DNA of 63,822 bases, filler included. It is 6 parts of 6 records of this genome, joined end to end, with 100 filler letters (N's around TTAATTAATTAA, not from the genome) between each part and the next. Parts side by side here need not be neighbours in the genome. Positions count along the whole stretch, not along the records: positions 1 to 6,194 come from DRR723986_5339; positions 6,295 to 12,835 come from DRR723986_5341; 4 more parts are not named here. One strand, written 5' to 3'. This document shows positions 1 to 8,289 of this stretch, one piece after another (positions within the stretch are counted from its first letter, which is position 1; every line of letters begins with the position of its first letter). The notes beneath the pieces are model-generated. The model ran no database searches. It worked only from the letters and a program-made list of their open reading frames with translations, and was not told the origin of the DNA. A program made the position numbers and the translations under genes.

Positions 1-22
1 GAGCCCTTAGGGCTCGACCCGG
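1..22. repeat. REP-like palindrome, truncated by window start (GAGCCC-TTA-GGGCTCGACCCGG)
   Basis: Reverse complement of part of the 6164-6194 palindrome (loop TTA vs TAA). Confidence 0.8.
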
Positions 23-223
23 TTTTTTGACGTGAATGATAATTCGCCAATCGGCCAAAAATGTTACGCGCCTTCTGCACCACATGAACTCAACTCCAAA
101 AACCATGCTTCCCAGAATAAATGAGTTAAGACCACCAGCTCAACTACTAACAAGAAGCTCAAAAAGCAAGCCGGGCCGCCCGGCGCTGCAATCTGGGTAG
201 AAAGTTTTTGCGTAATTTGCAGG

Positions 224-904
224 ATGAAAACGTATCAAAATTTACTTCCAGCAAGAGAGCATAGTTTTAAGGTAACACGTCAAGAGATATTAGCACAACT
301 ACATAGCCGAAACTGCTATCGTGGCAGAGTGGTTACAGTTGAGGGCAGTCACATTACTGTTGACATTGGTGTTGGTATTCCAGTTTTTGTGGATGCGTCA
401 ATTGTTAAGCCAGGGCGAGGAGTCGAGGACAATAATTTAAAGGTTCGTGTTGGTCGGATATTGTCTGTCGGTGATTTACAGCGTGATGAGGAGAGTGCTG
501 TTTTGATTGCCGGGAAGGCAAGAGCAGTTTGGAGTTTTGTGCCCTGGTTTGTTGCGGTGGCGGATTATCCGGTTGGGACAGTTGTTGAGGGCTGGGTGCG
601 GGCACAGGCGCACTTTGGAATATTTCTGGATCTGGATTTTGGCGGGCTGGGCCTGGTTCGCATTGTTGATATGTCCGAAATTTTTAGAGTACAAATGCAG
701 GATTTTCCAGCTCTGGGATCCTTTGTCACAGCACGTGTACTTGGTCACAATAGTTATAACGAGCAGGTTGTGTTAACAATGAAGCCAAGTTATTTATCCG
801 GGGAGCGGTGGGAGCGACGCATGCAAAGGTTTAACCATCCTTTTGATTCGGCGCGAAATGCTGGGTATTGGATTGGGCCGCACTTAGCGAACAGGTGGAT
901 GTAA
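224..904 (+). CDS. S1 RNA-binding domain protein (two S1-like repeats, much shorter than RpsA)
   Basis: YPVGTVVEGWVRAQAHFGIFLDL...GLVRIVDMS...GSFVTARVLG...VVLTMK matches the S1/OB consensus; weaker N-terminal repeat (YRGRVVTV...TVDIG). Confidence 0.7.
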   Translation: MKTYQNLLPAREHSFKVTRQEILAQLHSRNCYRGRVVTVEGSHITVDIGVGIPVFVDASIVKPGRGVEDNNLKVRVGRILSVGDLQRDEESAVLIAGKARAVWSFVPWFVAVADYPVGTVVEGWVRAQAHFGIFLDLDFGGLGLVRIVDMSEIFRVQMQDFPALGSFVTARVLGHNSYNEQVVLTMKPSYLSGERWERRMQRFNHPFDSARNAGYWIGPHLANRWM

Positions 905-1166
905 CAGCGTGCAAAGGACTGAAGCTGGTACTGCAAAGTGCATTGTTCACGGGCAAGAATGCAGTATATTTGTGCTGCTGATTGTAGACTATCAGTGAAA
1001 TGCGCATTCGGTGCCTGTGTAATTTGACACCAAAAAATCGAGTGTATTTGTCAATTTCAGAGAGACAAGCCGCCAGTTCAGAGGTCGTATGCCTGATCCC
1101 GAATCCGTAATCGCGCAGAGTCTGTTTAAGCAGGTTTTGCGAACATCCGGTAAAAAAGCACTGCAC

Positions 1167-3293
1167 ATGCTGCTGTTGCTATTCGTCCTGATTGGGACGA
1201 GAAACATGCACGCCCAGGACCTGGAATCCGGTCTGCTGCGCTGGTATCCTTTGGCCGGTGATGCTGTGGATATGGGGCCCGAGCAGGCTGAAGGAATGGT
1301 GGGAGCGGACGTTGACGCGGCGCTTGGTTACCAGATTTGTCTTGGGCAGGCGCTGTTTTTCCGCCCGCTGCCGGATGCATTTATCGACGTGCCGCCACTG
1401 CGTCCAAGCGGAAGCAACTTTTCGATTACGGCATTGCTGCGCGTGGAGAGCGAAACCGAAAACCAGAGCGAGATCAATACGATTTTTGAGCAGGCGGGGG
1501 ATGGGCAGTTTGACCTGCAGCTGCAGATGACCAGACAAGATTATGGGAGTGCCGCCCGCCGTTTTGTGGCGCGCCTGCGCACAGCGGCCCAGGCTGAAGT
1601 ATTTGAACTGACTGCACGCAACACGGCACGTCGCGACGCGTGGCTACTGCTGACGATGACCTATGACGGCGCCTTCCTGCGGCTCTACCTGGACGATGAA
1701 CAAATAGCCGAAACGCCTTGCAGTGGGGCACTCAACTGGAGCGGCACAGCTGCGCGAATCGGCAAGTCCCTGGGTGACGCGCTTGAATCCAATATGTGGA
1801 TCGACGAGCTGCGTATGTTCAGCCGCGCGCTGACGCCGGAAGATATGCGCGAGGTATTGGCGACGACTCCGCCGCGGGGCACGCCGGGAATCAGCGGCCA
1901 GATAATTGTTAAAGCCATCCAGCCCGAGTTTGACAGAGTTGAGCGTTTTCCCTGGCGACTGATGCGCATTCTGCCGAATAATGACTACCACCTGTTTGAT
2001 GTAGACCGTCAATTTGTGTTAACTCCTGAGCTGCCGCTGGGCATGTATCAGGCAGAAATGGTGGAGTCGGACGGCTGGATTAACACGCGTGACTTTGAAT
2101 TTGGGCGTCCGCGTTTTGAGATTGATCAGCCCTGTTTTGGCAATCCAAGTGTTGAAATACGTGCGCAGCCCAAGCTGGATTTGCACCAGCTGGAACTGAG
2201 CATCGCCGCTCAGCCGCCGCATCCGGACGGAGATTTGCATGTTAACATTTTGTATCGCAACTCCGGGACGCGGCCGTTTACGGGCTGGGTGCACGTAAGT
2301 TTGCCCGATGGTCTTGAGCGCAGTTTTCATACAGATTCTCTTCTTGACAATCATGAGGGCCGCCTGCGTGCTTACGTAGAAAATTACGATCCTACCGAAC
2401 GGCCCGGCAATATGTTTGCCGTAATCCGGCTGCCGCAGGATCTTGATCCGAATGCCGACCTGTGTCTGCGCGTCTGGGCCACGGAAGACGAAGACGGTTT
2501 GTTGCGCACACTCGACGAAGACCAGGTTTGTGTTAAACGCCTGGAGTCTACGGACATAACTCCACACACGCACATTGAGTATCTGGGCGCAGACAATATT
2601 AACAGTGTCTACCAGGAACTCAAGTTCCAGCTTAACTTCAGCGTTCCCAAAGCGCCGGACGGCTCCGAGCCTGCCACGCCGCGCAGCATAATTGTTGAAC
2701 AGGAGCTGCCGCTGGAACTGGATCCCGCCACGTTCAGAATGAAAGTATCATCATTTGGCTGGCAGAGCATCGAGATACTCGGTGGCCGGCGTCTGCGCTG
2801 GCAGACCTCGGATGTTAAGTGGATCGATCACCTGAGCGACAGTTTGCAGGGATTCCTGCGCTACAGCATTCGCCTTAAAGGTGACGTGATTCCAGGCAGC
2901 CGTTTTAGCGTGAATGCCAAAGTCATGATTGACGGCGCTGAACAAGGCAGCAGCAACAACGCTGAACTGCGGGTAGCCGATGTTATCAGCAGCGCGCACC
3001 AGGCTGAAAAATTAATCACGTCCGAGCCTGAACTTGAGCTATGGCACGATGCCGGCGCGCGCCATTTGCACATTCAAAATCACCAGCAGGCAGCCATTGA
3101 ACTTCAGGTAGCCGATATTATGGGGCGTACGGTTCTGCAGTGGAATAACTCAGCGGGGAATAGTCGCCCACAATACAATCATGCAATTGACATTTCGCAG
3201 TTACCGGGCGGGTTTTATGTTGTGCTGGTGCGCGGCGCGGCGCGGCCAATTCAGTCTGGCCCGGTTCAATTCAACTTTTGCGTGCGGCCCTGA
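1167..3293 (+). CDS. Secreted LamG-like jellyroll + Ig-like domain protein with probable T9SS C-terminal sorting domain
   Basis: Signal peptide MLLLLFVLIGTRNMHAQ (likely start 1167; ORF track starts 1089); LamG motifs GLLRWYPLAG, TYDGAFLRLYLD, IDELRMFSRALT; C-terminal DIMGRTV...IDISQLPGGFYVVLV. Confidence 0.75.
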   Translation: MLLLLFVLIGTRNMHAQDLESGLLRWYPLAGDAVDMGPEQAEGMVGADVDAALGYQICLGQALFFRPLPDAFIDVPPLRPSGSNFSITALLRVESETENQSEINTIFEQAGDGQFDLQLQMTRQDYGSAARRFVARLRTAAQAEVFELTARNTARRDAWLLLTMTYDGAFLRLYLDDEQIAETPCSGALNWSGTAARIGKSLGDALESNMWIDELRMFSRALTPEDMREVLATTPPRGTPGISGQIIVKAIQPEFDRVERFPWRLMRILPNNDYHLFDVDRQFVLTPELPLGMYQAEMVESDGWINTRDFEFGRPRFEIDQPCFGNPSVEIRAQPKLDLHQLELSIAAQPPHPDGDLHVNILYRNSGTRPFTGWVHVSLPDGLERSFHTDSLLDNHEGRLRAYVENYDPTERPGNMFAVIRLPQDLDPNADLCLRVWATEDEDGLLRTLDEDQVCVKRLESTDITPHTHIEYLGADNINSVYQELKFQLNFSVPKAPDGSEPATPRSIIVEQELPLELDPATFRMKVSSFGWQSIEILGGRRLRWQTSDVKWIDHLSDSLQGFLRYSIRLKGDVIPGSRFSVNAKVMIDGAEQGSSNNAELRVADVISSAHQAEKLITSEPELELWHDAGARHLHIQNHQQAAIELQVADIMGRTVLQWNNSAGNSRPQYNHAIDISQLPGGFYVVLVRGAARPIQSGPVQFNFCVRP

Positions 3294-3658
3294 TCTGAGC
3301 GGCGTGAATCAGTGCTGCCATGCCTTACACGTATAATTTATTGGACTTTAATACATTTGCTTGTTATCTTCCTGACACGCACGCTGATGCATCGCACCCC
3401 GTGAACGCATCGAAGGATTAACGTAACCCTTGGCGTTAACCTTGCTACTGTAGGTTAGCCTACGCGCCCCCCAAAAAGAGAAGCCGTCCCTGGTCGGACT
3501 TAAAAACGAGCGTATTCACGTTTTTAGAATGTGATTTAAGCCGGTTTTGCGTGTCTTCTAGCGCAATGCCCGCTCGTTTGCCGTTAATACAGCCCAAAAT
3601 CAGTTACCAACTCATTTCTCTGGCAGCGAGCCACCCAGGGATTCATTGGAGTATTTTC

Positions 3659-5722
3659 ATGAAACTTGTCACGAATAGCTGCCTTGCTCTGGTCTTGTGT
3701 TTTATGGCCACTGGGGCTCTTATGGCCCAATCGATTAATGATGGTCTCGTCGCATGGTATCCGCTGGACGGCAATGCGCTGGACTTTAGCGAGCAGGCGA
3801 ATCACGGTGGTGTGCGCAACAATGTCACGCCCATGCAGGATCGTTTTGAGGTCGATGGCGGCGCTATGTATTTTAGCGGCAGCGAAAGTTGGATCGACAT
3901 TCCCGGCGGTGTGGACCTGAGCGGTGAGCAGATGTCAATCAGCGTGTTTGCAAATGTTGATGACTTAAGCCGCGGCTCCTACCAGAATATCGTCCGCCAG
4001 GACGGCGCCGGCGGACTACCCGATTTTATGATTCAGTTTAAGAGGCGCAACACGCTACTGGCTTTTGGTTTACACGCGGGTGGTAACTACTGGGAAGAAC
4101 TGCTTGTTGAGGTTGACATCAGTCAATTTGAAGGCCAATGGCGTCTGATTACCGCTACCTACGATGGCCAGATGATGCGTTTATACGTCGATGCCAAACT
4201 GATTGGTGAGCAGTCACGCACCGGCCTGGTGCGCCATACGTCACGCTGGTCCAATATTGGCCGGATGACGGGTCGCGAATATTTCAAGGGTGGAATCGAT
4301 GATGTGCGCTATTACAATCGCGCTCTAACAGTTGCCGACATGGAGACAATAATGATCTCCCAAACCGAAGCGGCACCCGAAGATCCGATCATCTCGGGAA
4401 CCGTGTTTAACGATGTTAACGGCGATTGCACACTGGATGAAGGTGAGGACCGCCTGCGCCAGCGCCTGGTGCATATTATGCCCGGCGAACGTTACATTCT
4501 GACAAAAGCCGACGGCACCTGGCATACAACACTGCCGGAGGGCGATTATACGGCGCGCCTATTGCCGCGCGAGATGTGGCGAAATCACTGCACATATGGT
4601 GATGTACGCAACTTCACTGTGAAGTCTGGAGATACCGAAGTTGCCGGTCTTGATTTTGCTCAGGAGCCCGAAGTACTTAAAGAGGAACTCGATATTTCAC
4701 TGGCTGGTTTAGCCGTGCGTCCGGGATTTGAAACCACGTATCGGATCCTGTATCAAAACACGGGAACGATGACCTTTTCCGGTTATATTAACTTCGTGCA
4801 TAACGAGTGGTTTGAGTTCTTACGTGCCGACCCCATGGCCGATGATGTTGATGGAAATCACTACAGATGGCGTATTGAAGACCTGCCAATTGGTCATTCG
4901 GCCGTAATTGAAATTCGGATGCGGCACCTGCCGACCGCCCCACTTGGGGAGATTGTCTGCAATGAGGCCTGGGCCGAACGCGACCGTCAAGTTCAGCTGT
5001 TAAGCGCTATGAGCGACGAGTTCTGCCACGAAGTGCGCGGCTCATACGATCCGAATGACATCAGCATTAACCCGGGACCGCAAATCGCGGATGTTTATAC
5101 CAGCCTGTCGTTTTTGATCCGGTTTCAGAATACGGGTACAGCGCCGGCTGCCAAGGTTATTGTTAAACAGGAGCTGCCACAGGAACTTAACATTAACGAT
5201 TTCCTGCAAGGTGTTGTCAGCCACGATTACGAGTTCAGCATTGAGGAAGGGCGCATAGCCACCTGGGTTTTTGACGGTATTGAACTGCCTGATAACAAGG
5301 CCGACGAACCTGCCAGCCACGGCTATATTAAGTATAAGATTCTGCTGGAGGACGAAACACGCCCCGGTACGGTGGTTGGCAGCAATGCCGAAATCTACTT
5401 TGACTTCAACGAGGCCGTGATTACAAATACAGCCGAAGTTGAGCTGCAGACGGCGATCACTTCGGTGGATGGTTCACCGGACGAAAGTGCTTTACGGGTT
5501 TTCCCAAATCCAACATCTGATTTTGCGACGCTGCAGATTCCGCAGGGAAGTGTGGCGCAGGTCAGTCTGATTTCGGTTTTAGGCCATACCATTCAAACGG
5601 CACAGGGCCAACCTGGAAGTTCGCTTAAGTTCGATTTACGCGGAGTATCTGCGGGCCAGTACATTCTGCGCGTCGAGCGCGATTCTGCTGTCACGTCTTT
5701 ACCGCTGACCGTTCAGCGTTAA
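3659..5722 (+). CDS. Secreted LamG + SdrD-B-like + DUF7619-like protein with T9SS type A sorting domain
   Basis: Signal peptide MKLVTN...LMAQ; GLVAWYPLDGNA, FKGGIDDVRYYNRAL; SGTVFNDVNGDC; GSYDPND...FLIRFQNTGTA...AEIYFDFNEAVITN; VFPNPT...GQYILRV. Confidence 0.85.
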   Translation: MKLVTNSCLALVLCFMATGALMAQSINDGLVAWYPLDGNALDFSEQANHGGVRNNVTPMQDRFEVDGGAMYFSGSESWIDIPGGVDLSGEQMSISVFANVDDLSRGSYQNIVRQDGAGGLPDFMIQFKRRNTLLAFGLHAGGNYWEELLVEVDISQFEGQWRLITATYDGQMMRLYVDAKLIGEQSRTGLVRHTSRWSNIGRMTGREYFKGGIDDVRYYNRALTVADMETIMISQTEAAPEDPIISGTVFNDVNGDCTLDEGEDRLRQRLVHIMPGERYILTKADGTWHTTLPEGDYTARLLPREMWRNHCTYGDVRNFTVKSGDTEVAGLDFAQEPEVLKEELDISLAGLAVRPGFETTYRILYQNTGTMTFSGYINFVHNEWFEFLRADPMADDVDGNHYRWRIEDLPIGHSAVIEIRMRHLPTAPLGEIVCNEAWAERDRQVQLLSAMSDEFCHEVRGSYDPNDISINPGPQIADVYTSLSFLIRFQNTGTAPAAKVIVKQELPQELNINDFLQGVVSHDYEFSIEEGRIATWVFDGIELPDNKADEPASHGYIKYKILLEDETRPGTVVGSNAEIYFDFNEAVITNTAEVELQTAITSVDGSPDESALRVFPNPTSDFATLQIPQGSVAQVSLISVLGHTIQTAQGQPGSSLKFDLRGVSAGQYILRVERDSAVTSLPLTVQR

Positions 5723-5760
5723 TCGTTTGAGTTTAACATTATGGTTTGGTATATCAAATG

Positions 5761-5792
5761 GGCTCGCAGATTTTTATCTGCGGGCCTTTTTT
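5761..5792 (+). terminator. Intrinsic terminator
   Basis: GGCTCGCAGA-TTTTTA-TCTGCGGGCC followed by T6, 38 nt after the stop codon. Confidence 0.8.
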
Positions 5793-5835
5793 GCATTCTG
5801 GAGGTTAACAGATTCAGCGTGTTGGATTTATTAGC

Positions 5836-6163
5836 TTGAGCACTTCGCCTTTGCGCCTGCGGCTTGTGGCTTGTTTGTTTTCTTTTTGTTAGTTGGTGAT
5901 TTGGGCTGCTCATGCAACTGAGATCATCTAAAGTTAAACAACTCAGAAATTGGCCGTGCCGGCACAAGTACCTGAGTCTCAAGAGTTAAGTCAATCAATC
6001 AAGACTACCAGCATCTGAGTCAGATGGATTTTAGACAGTCGATTGGTGAGATGAGACTCAGTTGATCATTTGTGTTTGGAAGCGTGGATGGCGGACGACG
6101 ATGGAATTGAGATAGTTTTAGGCGATGTTATCTGGAAATCTGGGATTTTTAAGCCTCAAGACA
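5836..6163 (-). repeat. Degenerate intergenic repeat unit
   Basis: 5881-5894 is the exact reverse complement of AACTAACAAAAAGA at 23615-23628; 6066-6087 (rc) matches 103-124 at 17/22. Confidence 0.55.
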
Positions 6164-6194
6164 TCCGGGTCGAGCCCTAAGGGCTCGACCCGGA
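6164..6194. repeat. REP-like perfect palindrome at contig end
   Basis: TCCGGGTCGAGCCC-TAA-GGGCTCGACCCGGA, 14-bp stem and 3-nt loop. Confidence 0.85.
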
Positions 6195-6294
6195 NNNNNN
6201 NNNNNNNNNNNNNNNNNNNNNNNNNNNNNNNNNNNNNNTTAATTAATTAANNNNNNNNNNNNNNNNNNNNNNNNNNNNNNNNNNNNNNNNNNNN
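6195..6294. other. Artificial contig linker
   Basis: N44-TTAATTAATTAA-N44, stops in all six frames. Confidence 0.99.
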
Positions 6295-6649
6295 CGACGG
6301 CGAGGCGCTGGAATGGGCGCACCGGCGCATGCTGGCACGCAGCGAAGCGCGCAAGATTTTGATGGTGATTTCCGATGGCGCCCCGGTGGATGACAGCACT
6401 TTGTCGGTGAACCCCGCGAATTATCTGGAAAAACACCTGCGCGACGTGATCGCCATGGTGGAACGTCGCAAAGCGGTCGAGCTGATGGCCATCGGCATTG
6501 GCCACGATGTCACCCGCTATTACAGCCGCGCTGTTACCATCACCGATGTCGAACAGCTGGCAGGCGCCATGACCGAACAATTGGCCGCCCTGTTTGACAA
6601 AGACCCGCGCGCCAGGGCGCGGTTTAGCGGCATGAAACGGGCGGGCTAG
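6295..6649 (+). CDS. cobT: Cobaltochelatase subunit CobT, C-terminal vWA part (5'-truncated)
   Basis: [11 protein letters not shown]...[31 protein letters not shown]...[11 protein letters not shown]. Confidence 0.93.
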
Positions 6650-6751
6650 GCCACTCACATCTGCGTGACATGGGCGGCTTTGGGCCATTTTGCCAAAGCC
6701 CAGGCCGCGGCCATGGCTATATTTGGCGCAGACCAAACCAACAGGCCCGCC

Positions 6752-8197
6752 ATGACACAGCACACACCCCTTTCATGCCCCCCCCCTGCCCCCACCTTGA
6801 CCCGCAGGCAGGCAATACAGGCAGCGCTGGCGGCAGGGGCATGCGGGTTATGGCCCAAACCGGGTTTATCCCAAACCGCACGCGCCCCACTGCCCACCCT
6901 GACCGCGCAGCCAGGCATGGCGCAGCTGGCGCCGGCAGGCTATGGGCCAACGGCCATTTTGGGGTTTGAGGGGCGCGTGCCCGGCCCGGTTCTGCGGGCG
7001 GCGCAAGGCAGCTGGCTGGAACGGCGCGTGCTCAACCGGCTTGAGATGCCCACATCGGTGCATTGGCACGGGGTGCGGCTGGACAATGCTATGGATGGTG
7101 TCTCGGGCCTGACCCAAGCGCCCATCGCGCCAGGCGACAGTTTCGCCTATCGTTTCCCACTGCAAGACGCCGGCACCTTTTGGTATCATGCCCATCACCG
7201 CTCTTACATGCAGGTGGCACAGGGGCTTTATGGCGCGTTGATCGTAGACGAGCTGGACCGCCCCGATATCGACACAGACGAAACATTGCTGATCGATGAC
7301 TGGCGGCTAGACCCGGAAACAGTGCAGATCCGCCAAGATTTCGACAATCGCCACGATCACAGCCATACCGGGCGTCTTGGCAATCTGATCACGGTGAACG
7401 GGGCCTTTAGCCACGAGGGGGCAGCGCCCCAAAACAGCCGCCTGCGCCTGCGCCTGATCAATGCCGCCAATGCCCGGGTGTTTCGGCTGGGTGTGCAGGG
7501 CATGGCCGCCTGGGTGATGGCGCTGGATGGCATGCCGGTGGCGCAGCCCTGGCCGCTTGAGCAGCCCATCGATCTGGCACCAGGCCAACGCGTGGATCTG
7601 TTCGCCGATATCACCGCAGCCCCCGGCGCCGAGGCGCATCTGGTAGACATCGCCCAAAACGGCGAGGGCTGGGCCCTGGCCAGCTGGACCGCCCAGGCCG
7701 GCGGCACCCGCCTGCCCCGCCCTGCCCCGCAGCCATTGCCCGAAAACCCGCGCATGGCAGTTCCAGGCATAAAGGGCGCGCGCCAAATCCAGCTGGATAT
7801 GACCGGCGGCGCCATGGGTGGGCTGCGCGAGGCGCGCCATCAGGGCCAGCTGCTGGATGCCCGTAGCCTGGCCATGCAAGGCAAGTTTTGGGCCTTTAAT
7901 GGCCGCGCAGGTGATATGGATAGCCCCCTTGCCAGCGCGTTTCAGGGCGAAACGCTGCGCGTGCGGCTGCACAATAACACCGCCTTTGCCCATGCCATGC
8001 ACCTGCACGGCATGCATTTTCGCGAAGTTCTGCCCGATGGCAGCAACGGCCCCATGCGCGATACACTGCTGATGCAGCGCGGCCAAACGCGCGATATTGC
8101 CTTTGTGGCCCATAGCCCCGGCAAGTGGTTGCTGCATTGCCACATGCTGGGCCATGCCGCGGCAGGCATGATCACCTGGATCGAGATCTTGGCATAA
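6752..8197 (+). CDS. Tat-exported multicopper oxidase
   Basis: TRRQAI Tat motif; copper motifs HWHG, WYHAH, HAMHLHG, HCHMLGHAAAGM; start at MTQHT is inferred. Confidence 0.93.
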   Translation: MTQHTPLSCPPPAPTLTRRQAIQAALAAGACGLWPKPGLSQTARAPLPTLTAQPGMAQLAPAGYGPTAILGFEGRVPGPVLRAAQGSWLERRVLNRLEMPTSVHWHGVRLDNAMDGVSGLTQAPIAPGDSFAYRFPLQDAGTFWYHAHHRSYMQVAQGLYGALIVDELDRPDIDTDETLLIDDWRLDPETVQIRQDFDNRHDHSHTGRLGNLITVNGAFSHEGAAPQNSRLRLRLINAANARVFRLGVQGMAAWVMALDGMPVAQPWPLEQPIDLAPGQRVDLFADITAAPGAEAHLVDIAQNGEGWALASWTAQAGGTRLPRPAPQPLPENPRMAVPGIKGARQIQLDMTGGAMGGLREARHQGQLLDARSLAMQGKFWAFNGRAGDMDSPLASAFQGETLRVRLHNNTAFAHAMHLHGMHFREVLPDGSNGPMRDTLLMQRGQTRDIAFVAHSPGKWLLHCHMLGHAAAGMITWIEILA

Positions 8198-8289
8198 GCG
8201 TGCAGGCTTTGGCCCTTTAGCCCTTTGCCCCCTTGCGCCCGGGCGCGCGCTGCGCCCTTATGGGCAAAACGCAATGCACGAGGCCCGCG

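Noticed and set aside
3352-3359. Bacteroidota-type TAnnTTTG promoter element (also 965-972)
   Set aside because: 8-mer match only, with no convincing -33 element; too weak to call
5881-5894. CTAACAA-containing motifs as integron attC sites
   Set aside because: No matching GTTRRRY end, no long attC-type dyad, no integrase
1-6194. Contig 1 as a linear replicon with hairpin telomeres
   Set aside because: No protelomerase or replication genes; cargo is chromosomal-type; related hairpins occur on contig 4, favouring dispersed repeats
6239-6250. TTAATTAATTAA as a biological repeat
   Set aside because: Synthetic six-frame stop linker within N padding
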